This document shows, in pieces, positions 43,515 through 53,000 of a stretch of 57,352 bases of DNA. The stretch covers positions 1 to 57,352 of the IMG/VR virus record IMGVR_UViG_3300030329_004815; one strand, 5' to 3'. This DNA is from a virus (lineage: Duplodnaviria > Caudoviricetes). Position numbers and translations under genes: made by a program. The notes under the pieces are model-generated. The model worked only from the letters and a program-made list of their open reading frames with translations. It was not told where the DNA came from and ran no database searches. How positions within the stretch are numbered: the stretch's first letter is position 1; every line of letters starts with the position of its first letter.

Positions 43515-44445
43515 CGGCGTTGACAACAACCAGCTCGTTTGCCGATGCCGTCTTGTAAGCTACGCCGGAAAGGTTGAGTGAATATTCGTCGCCTTTTGAC
43601 GAAACGGTAGGCGATTGCGCCCCAAACTCAATTCCGCCAAACGTAAATTTAATATTGGGATTAGACCCGCCCGGATCAATAAGGATATACGAGTTGTCGT
43701 AAGCCGAAAGCGCTGTGTTGTAAAGGTCAACTTCGTCTGCTGTGTATGGAACGGCAAGTTGAACCGTAACTTCGCGTCCGCCGGACGGCGTAGCTGTGCG
43801 AGTCAACGAGTTCATAAATCGCCCAGCGTTGACCATGTTGTTGACGGTAATGGAAAAGCTCGCCAGCTCAGTAGCAGAAGCGTCGGCAGCAAGTGAAATT
43901 GCGGTGTCGGCCATGATAAACGGCGCGTCAGTTGCCAAGGCTCCAACCGTAGGAAACGCTGTCCCAGAAACAGTTTCTTTTTGACCTACAATTTCCATTG
44001 ATAGCTGTAGCGGGCCTCCAGCGCTTGCAGAGAACGTTGCTGAAGAAACCACGCACTTAGAGTAGCAAAACCGTTTCTGCACTCTGTCGATTAAAATTCC
44101 AAATGAAGGAATAGTCTCGGCCACATTAAACGTATCGGTAGATACTTCGTTGGCGCCTAAAATAAGCGGCAAAAGCGTGTCAAGCTCTACTTGAGTTGGG
44201 TGCATTGTAATAGTGCCGCCCACAGCTTCTTGGGTAATTCGACACCTTGCTTCATGCCTAGAGCGAGTACCCCTAATGCCATCGGAGTGAAAACGAGTTT
44301 GGCTTAACACTACGTTTTCCGACAGGTACTCAAATTCTTTCGAGTCCGAGTTAAAATCGCCAATGACATGATGTCCGTCACCAGCACCAGCCGCTCCGGT
44401 GTCAAAAGCCAATCTTGACTGGTGGCCCATTTGGGGAGTACCCAT
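43507..44445 (-). CDS. Major tail tube protein
   Basis: Beta-rich, 312 aa, VGGTITMHP and SFSITVNN motifs; upstream of the chaperones. Confidence 0.75.
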   Translation of the reverse strand: MGTPQMGHQSRLAFDTGAAGAGDGHHVIGDFNSDSKEFEYLSENVVLSQTRFHSDGIRGTRSRHEARCRITQEAVGGTITMHPTQVELDTLLPLILGANEVSTDTFNVAETIPSFGILIDRVQKRFCYSKCVVSSATFSASAGGPLQLSMEIVGQKETVSGTAFPTVGALATDAPFIMADTAISLAADASATELASFSITVNNMVNAGRFMNSLTRTATPSGGREVTVQLAVPYTADEVDLYNTALSAYDNSYILIDPGGSNPNIKFTFGGIEFGAQSPTVSSKGDEYSLNLSGVAYKTASANELVVVNAAT

Positions 44446-45174
44446 TTACATACCTCGCACTTCTCTGCTGTGACATTTAATAATGAGAGAGGAGTGATAA
44501 AGGTTCCTCTCCCAAAACGCTTGTGGCGACGTAATTGGTCCGGGCTGCATTGTGACCGTGTAAATTTCGTCAACGTCGGCTAAGTTTTGATTCCTAAAAG
44601 CTCGGCTAATTTTTTGCCGCCACAATAAATACTTGTTTTGATTTGTTACTAAATCCTGATTGTCCGCCGCTAAAATAGTAACGACAACAGGGTAAATGAC
44701 CTCATCTCTTTTGTTCGTCCCCCCGCCCTTGGGCAAAGTTTCAATACCAAAAGACGATATGACGATCATGGGGTAGTCATACGTCCCATCATCGGCACCT
44801 CGGTCACTGTCTAACTTTCGGATAATTACATCACTGTTGTCAATCGAAGTCAGCGAAAGTGAGCGAATTTTTGCCTGCACCGCTGTCAGGCATGAATAAT
44901 GGACCGACGTTCCGCTTGACGATGAATTTACATAGAAAATTGGCGACTCTACCGCCCCCGACGAGGCATTAGCGAAATACACGAAGAAGTAGCCAACCCC
45001 AAGGTCTAGCGCGGATGTGCCATTTCCGGTAATGTTGCTGCCGTATGAGGTCCACGTACTGCCCAATGCACCAGTAAAGGCCATGTATTTTGGCGTAGCG
45101 TTTGCGGTAAACGACGTGGTGGTAACTGTAAAGCCAGTGCCGTCAGCGTCGTCGGCTATTGCGAATGTTGACAT
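44446..45174 (-). CDS. Putative tail terminator
   Basis: YPMIVIS...YPVVVTI pattern; just before the tail tube gene. Confidence 0.55.
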   Translation of the reverse strand: MSTFAIADDADGTGFTVTTTSFTANATPKYMAFTGALGSTWTSYGSNITGNGTSALDLGVGYFFVYFANASSGAVESPIFYVNSSSSGTSVHYSCLTAVQAKIRSLSLTSIDNSDVIIRKLDSDRGADDGTYDYPMIVISSFGIETLPKGGGTNKRDEVIYPVVVTILAADNQDLVTNQNKYLLWRQKISRAFRNQNLADVDEIYTVTMQPGPITSPQAFWERNLYHSSLIIKCHSREVRGM

Positions 45175-45177
45175 TGG

Positions 45178-45615
45178 TTAATCGCCCGGCATTAAATTAA
45201 ATATGTGATCTGCGACATGCTCAACGCAGGCTTCCTGAGCGCTTTCGGGAATATACATAAACTCCCTCGCTGGGATGTTCTCTGTGCCGTCGTTGTTCCA
45301 AGGAGCATACTCCAAATCCGTTCCCACGCTAACACTTCTTTGTGACACATCTCCCCCAGACGAATCCCCGGTAAGCTGGTCGTAAAGAGTACCGCTCAGA
45401 ATAAGAAGCGGGTGCGCCCCGTGAAGGGCGATTGTAACATCACTGTGATCTTCCCATCGCTCGCCAACTGACGACTGCTGATTAGCAAAAATCTCAACAA
45501 AACCCTGCCGCAACTCTGCCGAACACTCAGACAAGGGCGCTTCATAGCTGCCCTCGGCAATGTCTTTAAGAAATTCGCCTATAAGGTCTACTGCCTCAGC
45601 AAGACTAACCTTCAT
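45178..45615 (-). CDS. Virion morphogenesis / tail completion protein (Mu gpG-like)
   Basis: F..Q....G.RW...L.LSGTL...VGTDLEYA..NN.GT.NIPAREFM. Confidence 0.8.
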   Translation of the reverse strand: MKVSLAEAVDLIGEFLKDIAEGSYEAPLSECSAELRQGFVEIFANQQSSVGERWEDHSDVTIALHGAHPLLILSGTLYDQLTGDSSGGDVSQRSVSVGTDLEYAPWNNDGTENIPAREFMYIPESAQEACVEHVADHIFNLMPGD

Positions 45616-45826
45616 TTTGCTCCTCGTCTGTAGCGATTATCCCGTTTGCATCCAGACGTGGCGGATTAACGGATGGTTGGTACAACGGCGTAATTGAGCT
45701 TTCCATTTTCTCAATGGCTGCGTCAACACGGCTTGAGTCTTTTTTAGCGCTGTTTAACGAGGCTATTGCAGCCTTGCGAACTCGATCCGCCAGCGGGCTA
45801 GTTTGTTGTGAAGATTCGCGATCCAA
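45605..45826 (-). CDS. Small protein overlapping the end of the zeta-like module
   Basis: TTG at 45826, 6 nt behind GAGGAG; 73 aa. Confidence 0.5.
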   Translation of the reverse strand: MDRESSQQTSPLADRVRKAAIASLNSAKKDSSRVDAAIEKMESSITPLYQPSVNPPRLDANGIIATDEEQNEG

Positions 45827-48356
45827 TTGTAGCTCCTCTTTTAATGTGTTCGGGTGCGTCACTGTCAAGCACGGCGTTTACAGCCTGCCTGTACAATTGC
45901 TTAATGTCAGGAATGTCTTCCTTGGGAATTTGGTCAATCGACTTGGTTTCATCACTTCGATTGTCAAGAATTATAAAATCAGCACGATCTTTGTGCTGAT
46001 TCATGAACTTTTCAAAGTTAATTGCGCCGACGTTGTATGACTCCGCAAACAACCTAGCGTCTACCATTCGGCCCTTCTTCTTTGCACGCTCAATTGCCCC
46101 TCGCTTTGGATTGGTCCAGTTTTCTAAGGGGTCAGCATGAACAAAGACATACGTTCCTTTAATGCCACGCTTATCAAGCTCGCCTTGAATCCACGGCATT
46201 TCAGTTCCGTTCTGCTCGCCTGCACTGTCCCACACCGCGCCAAATTCATCTGCTACGTCGTTAAACTCGTTGCCGGTTGCATAGCCCTTGCCGGCAGCAA
46301 CCCCGCCCTGAGTAATTAAGACATTTCGCTGAGACTCAGGCAGGCTGGCCATTGCGTCTAACTGCTTGAGGAACGCTTTTTTTGCAATTGCGTTTGCGGT
46401 TTGGTGAACAGGAATGTTGTACTTTGCTCGATTTTCAGGGCTGGCTGCGTAGTCACCGCTCAACATTTTAGCGTCGTCAGTGCTGAAAGTCTTGTGAGCC
46501 AACGGTTTGTCAGGGTCGACCTCTCGACTTACCACCATGTCAAAGTAAGCGTCAGTAGCTCCTTCGGGATCAGCCTCGAAATGCTCTGCAAATGACCGCT
46601 CAGCCGCCGATTCGTCTGCGGTCAGGTTCGGCATGCGGGGAATTTGATCTGGCGGAGGAGGCACCATGTCAGCCGGAAGCCCTACCCTTGCAGCGTCCGT
46701 GATGCCGTCGTTGTTGGGATCGTCCTGCGGATTGACAATATGGGGGTTTTCGACCTCTAAAACGGCCTCATTGTTGAGATTTTGGATAAAAACCATAGCG
46801 TAATCGCTGTATTCGCCCTCAGAGGCCGTTAGAGGCTCGTTTTCGTCAGGCGACTCTGTAGGCGAATCTGGCGTTTTATCGCCTTTACGGGCCTCTGGAG
46901 AGCCTGAATTGCCCGAACCTCGCTTTTGGCAGGTATTGCCCTCAGAGAAGCCCTCACCGCCGGGGCTTCCTGCCCCACATGGGTCAGATTTGAACACCGA
47001 CATCCACAGAGTTTCGTAAAGGGGAAGGGATTTAGACTTCTGCACGCTCTGCCAGTAAATTGCTTCAGACTCTGCAACGACATCCATAAAGTGTTTTGTG
47101 TAATGCGATTTCAAAATAATTTCGGCATCGTTAATTTTCTTGTCAACTTCGCCGCTCCAAAGTTCCTCGTAATCGCGATTTCCAACAACGTAAGTAGCAG
47201 ACCCGCCCCTGTCATACATAGCACCTTTAAGTTCGGGGAAAACGGCGCCCAGCTTTTTTACCAATCGTTTGTATAAGGTTTTTCGAGAAGGCTCGGCTGC
47301 TGTAAAAGTGTAAACGTCAGCAGGCGCTTCTTGGTGCTTTGAAGCAATTGCACCTATTACTTTTGAAAATACTTCATGCGCACTTCCGGTCCCCTTAATT
47401 CCGTAGTCGCCATCTTGGTCAAACATAATGGTGCGATGTGTTCTGCCTTGCTGCGCCGACCGGTCGTATGTAGTAATCGTGTACGGCGTACCGGCTTCGG
47501 TTTCAAAACGCAAAACAAAATCGCCGTCTTTGTCCTTACCCCATTTGTTTAAGCCTAGCTCGCCGACGTTTTTAGTGTTTACAAACCCGTCACCATCCGG
47601 GTTTTCTATGTAAGTGCTTTCAAAACGATCAACAAAAAACTCTTGGACTCGATATTGGTCGTAGCGCATGTAATCGCGCTCCATTTCACTCCAGCCTTCC
47701 CACCACTCTTTTCTGGCTTCGCGGTTTTTTTCGTCTACTTCTTCATAGGCAGCGTCCAAGTAAGGTTGTTCTAGTTCAAAAAATGCCTGTTCATCGTTTT
47801 CCATCATTTCATCTATATCTATGCCATCCGCAACCATTCCTTGATGGGCCGTTTGATACACGTATTCCATTTGTTCGTCAGGCGACATCTTCCACTCGTC
47901 TTCATGCTCGTCGGCGATGTACTCAAGTTCTTCCAGCGAGTAATCAATATACTCATCGTACTCCTGCTGTTCGCTACTGCTTAAATCGTCATAGTCATAT
48001 ATTACATCTTCAGGGTCATAAACATCTTCGTCTGTAACGGGAAAGTTTTTAGCGTTTTCCAAAACTTCTTCGCGGAACAACTCCTTGCTGCTTTTCTTTT
48101 TCTTTTTGCCATCTTTATCCGCAGCGCAATCGTTGCCGAGTTGGAACCCTCCACCGCCGGGAGCGTTGGCTCCGCAATCGTCGTCAGCTTTAAATACAGA
48201 CAGCCAGAGAGATTCGTGACAGGGAAGGGATTTTTCCTCTACAAAAGCTGCATCGCTTGAGGAATTTGTTTTTTCCAAATTTAGTTCGCCAATAAAGTCC
48301 AAGTTCCTGCCCGGAGCAAGAACGGCAATTAGCTCTTTGCTTATTTCATTTTGCAT
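45798..48356 (-). CDS. Polyvalent protein 3: acidic region + conserved phage domain + zeta-toxin-like P-loop kinase
   Basis: Two tag copies; ITQGGVAAGKG, VWDS and YVFVHADP...AIERA...GRMV motifs. Confidence 0.75.
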   Translation of the reverse strand: MQNEISKELIAVLAPGRNLDFIGELNLEKTNSSSDAAFVEEKSLPCHESLWLSVFKADDDCGANAPGGGGFQLGNDCAADKDGKKKKKSSKELFREEVLENAKNFPVTDEDVYDPEDVIYDYDDLSSSEQQEYDEYIDYSLEELEYIADEHEDEWKMSPDEQMEYVYQTAHQGMVADGIDIDEMMENDEQAFFELEQPYLDAAYEEVDEKNREARKEWWEGWSEMERDYMRYDQYRVQEFFVDRFESTYIENPDGDGFVNTKNVGELGLNKWGKDKDGDFVLRFETEAGTPYTITTYDRSAQQGRTHRTIMFDQDGDYGIKGTGSAHEVFSKVIGAIASKHQEAPADVYTFTAAEPSRKTLYKRLVKKLGAVFPELKGAMYDRGGSATYVVGNRDYEELWSGEVDKKINDAEIILKSHYTKHFMDVVAESEAIYWQSVQKSKSLPLYETLWMSVFKSDPCGAGSPGGEGFSEGNTCQKRGSGNSGSPEARKGDKTPDSPTESPDENEPLTASEGEYSDYAMVFIQNLNNEAVLEVENPHIVNPQDDPNNDGITDAARVGLPADMVPPPPDQIPRMPNLTADESAAERSFAEHFEADPEGATDAYFDMVVSREVDPDKPLAHKTFSTDDAKMLSGDYAASPENRAKYNIPVHQTANAIAKKAFLKQLDAMASLPESQRNVLITQGGVAAGKGYATGNEFNDVADEFGAVWDSAGEQNGTEMPWIQGELDKRGIKGTYVFVHADPLENWTNPKRGAIERAKKKGRMVDARLFAESYNVGAINFEKFMNQHKDRADFIILDNRSDETKSIDQIPKEDIPDIKQLYRQAVNAVLDSDAPEHIKRGATIGSRIFTTN

Positions 48357-50019
48357 TTGCTTTGCTCTTTCGGGTTAGCTTTGTTTTTTTGTATTCTATA
48401 TCAACGCCAATAGAATTTGCCCACGACGTAAACACCTCATTAACCGAGTGATAGTGAAGTTGATTGGCCTGTTTTACGTATTCTTTTAAATCTTTCTTTG
48501 TCACGCCGCTAGTCTGAGCATACTTTGTTATGTTGGCCTTTTGCCTGTCGTATACAAAAGAATCAATTCTGTTAATTTGGTTAAACGCTATGTGCTGGGC
48601 TATGCTTTCTTCGGCAACGCTTCCAGATTTTATCGCCTCCTCTGCACTTACTTTTTCCCCGTCAACATCAACAAAAAAATTATTAAAAATCTCCGGGCTT
48701 GATTTTTTAAACCCGTCTATCAGCTTTTTGCTTACGCCCTGCGGGTACGTCATCTCATAATTATTGGACTTAGTAGTCGCAATAACCTTCCTCTGCCCAC
48801 GAGCAATTCCGAACACAACGTCAGAGGGTGATAAGGATGCTTCGCTAGGGTGGTTGTGAACCATTACAGTCCCTTTGGGGATGTCGTAGCCATCTTTTAA
48901 AAAGTCTACTTGGTCTTTCTCGTAGGTGCTTTTCTCCTCGCCAACGATTTTTCCCTCTTCGTCAAAAAAAGCAGCCCTCTCGTAAGTAAGGTCGCGTATG
49001 GCTTCCGTGTATTCACTTTGATTGCTCAAGCTCTTGAAGTATTTCTCAACATCCGACTTCTCCTTTTTGTTCCGTGGCATGAGGCGATGGCGAGAAGGTT
49101 TTTTTACCCTGCCCGAATCTTTTAAATTTTTGCCATCCTTATCAGATGCACAATCATTCCCCGGCTGAAATCCGCCACCGCCGGGAGCGTTAGCACCGCA
49201 ATCACTTTTGGGGCCGTCGTCGCTCTTGAATACTGACAGCCAAAGCGTTTCGTGTGGAGGCAGGCAGGCTACGCCATTCGCTTGGCTATTCTTGCTTTTA
49301 GATCGCGAAGCTCTTGTCGGTCGGGCTTTCGCCCCTGCATAGCCTTGAACAAGTTGATCGCCGTCTTTTCGATTTCGGCGGCGTCCCATGATTTTGGCTT
49401 TACTAAAGTGTGGTTGGCTTTTGTTGTTTTGCTCATCTTCCCACTTCTTCCTTTCTTCAGGTGTTAAGGTAACTATTTCTTCAAAACTGCCTAAGTCAAA
49501 AATTTTAAGCTGGCCATTGTCTTTAGCTAGCTGAACAGCTTCTTCTTGGTCGTCCAATACAACGGCAAGGTCGAAATACACCTTGTCGTCTCCATCAGTG
49601 TTTTCGTCCGTCTTTTTGTTGTACCACGCTCCAATGTGTACTCTTTCGTCGGACTGCAATATGTCCAAGTTGTTAATGATGTAATCGGCAATTGCTTCTG
49701 GCGTGGCTTCGGAAAGTTCCATGATCTCCTCCCTTTCGGGGAAGATGGATACAGAAAATCCGCTGTCAGGAGATGAATCGTCAGCAGGGCGGTATGTGTA
49801 TCCACCTGACTGTTCGATCTTTTTTGATAATGTATCTGGTGTTTCGTTTCTGCCAGCAGCGCAATCATTCCCCGGCTGGAATCCTCCACCGCCGGGAGCG
49901 TTCGCTCCGCAGTTGTCTTTTGATTTTGAAACGCTTGTCGATTTTTTTTGTATTGCGTCGTCCGTCAAAGCCACGTTGACTAAAACAAACTCTCCAAATT
50001 CTTCTCGTTGCCTACTCAT
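48346..50019 (-). CDS. Polyvalent protein 2: unknown (SAM-lyase-like?) domain + JAB/MPN-like domain
   Basis: Two tag copies; YERAAFFD...VHNHPSEASLSPSD. Confidence 0.7.
   Translation of the reverse strand: MSRQREEFGEFVLVNVALTDDAIQKKSTSVSKSKDNCGANAPGGGGFQPGNDCAAGRNETPDTLSKKIEQSGGYTYRPADDSSPDSGFSVSIFPEREEIMELSEATPEAIADYIINNLDILQSDERVHIGAWYNKKTDENTDGDDKVYFDLAVVLDDQEEAVQLAKDNGQLKIFDLGSFEEIVTLTPEERKKWEDEQNNKSQPHFSKAKIMGRRRNRKDGDQLVQGYAGAKARPTRASRSKSKNSQANGVACLPPHETLWLSVFKSDDGPKSDCGANAPGGGGFQPGNDCASDKDGKNLKDSGRVKKPSRHRLMPRNKKEKSDVEKYFKSLSNQSEYTEAIRDLTYERAAFFDEEGKIVGEEKSTYEKDQVDFLKDGYDIPKGTVMVHNHPSEASLSPSDVVFGIARGQRKVIATTKSNNYEMTYPQGVSKKLIDGFKKSSPEIFNNFFVDVDGEKVSAEEAIKSGSVAEESIAQHIAFNQINRIDSFVYDRQKANITKYAQTSGVTKKDLKEYVKQANQLHYHSVNEVFTSWANSIGVDIEYKKTKLTRKSKANAK
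49269..49436 (-). CDS. Nested alternate-frame ORF (55 aa)
   Basis: MSKTTKANHTLVKPKSWDAAEIEKTAINLFKAMQGRKPDRQELRDLKARIAKRMA; purine-rich upstream sequence. Confidence 0.45.
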   Translation of the reverse strand: MSKTTKANHTLVKPKSWDAAEIEKTAINLFKAMQGRKPDRQELRDLKARIAKRMA

Positions 50020-53000
50020 CTATGACATCCATTTCTACAACCAGTCGAGCAACACCATCGACATTGTAAAGGTTTTTGTCAGTAATCCTGAGTTGAGTGT
50101 GGGGAGCCAAAACAACTTCTTCTTCCCCGTCATGTTTGGTGTTTGGCTCCATCCACAACCCCTTCTTTGTGTTTATTTTCAAAAGGATTCCGGGTGATTT
50201 GTCATCCATGTGACCGTTTGAAATGCGAGTTCTTATAGATGTAGACCCAAATCCATCTAACTGGAATTTGTCATCTCCGCTAATAATCTCGTCATAGATT
50301 CTTTTTGTTGCAATGCTGTCTACTGTGATGCCTCGATAAACACGAACAGATTTTTTGTCTTCTCGCAAATAACCTATTGAAGATTTGAGTTTTTCGATTA
50401 GCGCCTTGTCTTTGGCTCGGTGCGCAGGAATAAGTTCCTTTATTTTCGATGCCGTTTCAGAAGATGGTCTTATTGACATGCCAATATCGTCTGAAAATGT
50501 TGCCCTTAATCTTTCTGCTGTGCTTGTTATAGATTCTAAGTGTTCGTCTTTGTACCATTCGTCTGCGCTTGAATCTGGATAGTCTCCCCACTCGTCTGGT
50601 TCAAAGCCAACTGCAATATCCCTCGCGTGTCTAATTTCTTTTAATATCGTACTTTCATGATTCAAATCTTTCATCAAAGACCGACCCAGAGATTGTGCTG
50701 TTGATATGTGATCGTTGTACGATGTCAAATTTGACATGTCTATTTCAGCAAATTTAAGCGCTTTTTGAAGCCGAGCATTTTCCGCACTAATCCTGCCTGC
50801 GATTGTTCTGGCTTTTGACAAAAACTTATGAGGGTCAGATTCAGATTTAGCCAGTTCAGACATTCTTTTTAATTCTTTTTGTTTTGTGTCAAGGTATTCT
50901 TGACCAGCTTCCTTTATCTTTTGGGCATCATAAGACTCGCCTGATCTGACCATTCCGTTTATACGTCTTGCTGATGATCCACCTGTGTAATCTCTGATGG
51001 CGGCAATTTGTTCTTCAGTTAAATCTTGGTTTTCCCTCGCTGTCGTAAGTTCTTCAGCAAGTGGCGAATTTGCGTCTAAGTCTTCTTCGTATCTTTCATA
51101 GCGCATATCTGGGTGTTCATCTACACGATATCCATCAGAATTTACAGTGATAGAAGTACCTTCGTATTTGTTGCCATCTGGGTCTTCGCCGTACAGCCAG
51201 AAGCCTGTCCAATTTGTATCTGGGTCAAAAGCCCTTCTTGCTCTTATTACATCGTCTTCCCAAATGCGAAATTTTTCCCGCTCATCAATAGAAGGCTTGC
51301 CGGTCCTCCTGTCCGTTGTTCTTCCTTCTGCTGCCCCACCATCTTTATCTTTTGCAGCGCAATCATTACCCGGCTGGAAGCCTCCGCCGCCGGGAGCGTT
51401 GGCTCCGCAATCGCTCTTGGGTTTGTCGGCGGATTTGGTGCGGTATATTTCTGAAAGAACAGGTTTTGCAGCCTCCGTGAGGCCGCTGCCTTCATCCCAC
51501 CCTTCGTAAAACCCTGACCTGCCAGAATTTGCTTGAACTTCCGTGTCCTCAAAACTGCCTTCGGTGTAATCCTGACCACGATCTAACACTTTTATTCCCG
51601 TTATAGCCAAGGAAGTGCTAGGGTTTATTGTTATCTCTTTTTCGCGATCCCCGTATTTGGGGTTCATGTTTGCGTCAATAGTTTTTTGCCAGTCTACGTC
51701 GTCAGAGGGAACGCTTGCGCGAAGCATTACTGTCATTTGCTCTGATCTTCCCATAGCTGGTCGGGCGCGATCCATATCCCTTGACCAGTATTCGCCAACA
51801 TCATCTAAGTTTAATTTTTGAAGTGCCTCCTCTTTTGTTGAAGCATCAATTCTAATTGATCTGTAAGCTGGGATTGGGTATTTACGCGATTCTAAATCAG
51901 AAATTAAATTGCGAAATTTTTGCCTAGAACGATTTTGTTTTTGTTCTACGGCTAATTCTGCTGCTTTCTGCTTTAACGCAGCTATATTTTTTTTGCTATT
52001 CGCCCCTTCTGCCATTAGCTTGTTTCTGTAATCTGGGTCTTTGTGCCATCGTTCTTTATCTGCTTCCGCAAGCATTTTGCTGCGACGATCTATAAATTCC
52101 TGCTTTACCTGCTCATAAGCTTCTTCGTACTCGCTAGAGGCTTCAATAGGCTCTCCGGTGTCCCAAGAGTCTTTATAATTATCTTCGTGAAACTCAGATA
52201 AATCAGGCACTTTGCCGTCACCACTATCCGCAGCGCAATCATTACCCGGTTGAAATCCCCCGCCGCCGGGAGCGTTAGCGCCGCAGTTGTCTTTTGATTT
52301 GTAGATGCTGGGGTTGTCTGGGTCAAAGGTTCCCTCGTTATCAACAGACTTAATTTGCTTTGGGTCAAAAACAATTACTTCTTCCCAATCCTTCGGACTG
52401 CTTGATCCTTCGGCGGCAATGATTATCCCGTCATGCCCAAGACCCTTTGCAATATCCGCGAGATATGGGTCGGTGATACCACCGTAGGTGTAGTAATACG
52501 GGTTCTTCATGCGAACATACGCTGGATAGACAGTACCTTTCTTTTTTCTGGATTCATAAAATAGCCTTGATGCTTCGCGGTCCATTTCTTGGGCTACGTC
52601 ATAAACCTCTTGTGTAATCTTGCCTGCTCTCAAATCCAAGCGCATATACATATCACCTCGTCCACCGTTTTCTTTAAGGTACTCATCCAGCTTTTCGTTG
52701 GCTTCTTTGGAAGCCGAGTCAGACCGACCAATCGCTTCGCTTGCGTAGGTTTCAGCAAGACCCTCGTCTGGAGTGAAATAAACCCCTTCTCCCCAATCTG
52801 ACCGCTGCACTGTTCCTGCGCGAGAAACATCAAACTCCTCAATGTTTTCTGCCGCGCTGCCATGATACAACACAAGCGGCTCGCCGTTTTCATCGACTAC
52901 TTTTGAATCGCCGAACCACTCGTCGAACGCTTTAGTTCTTTTCCCCGAAGCAGGCTCATCACCGCCACCGTCTTTATCCGCAGCGCAGTCATTCCCCGGT

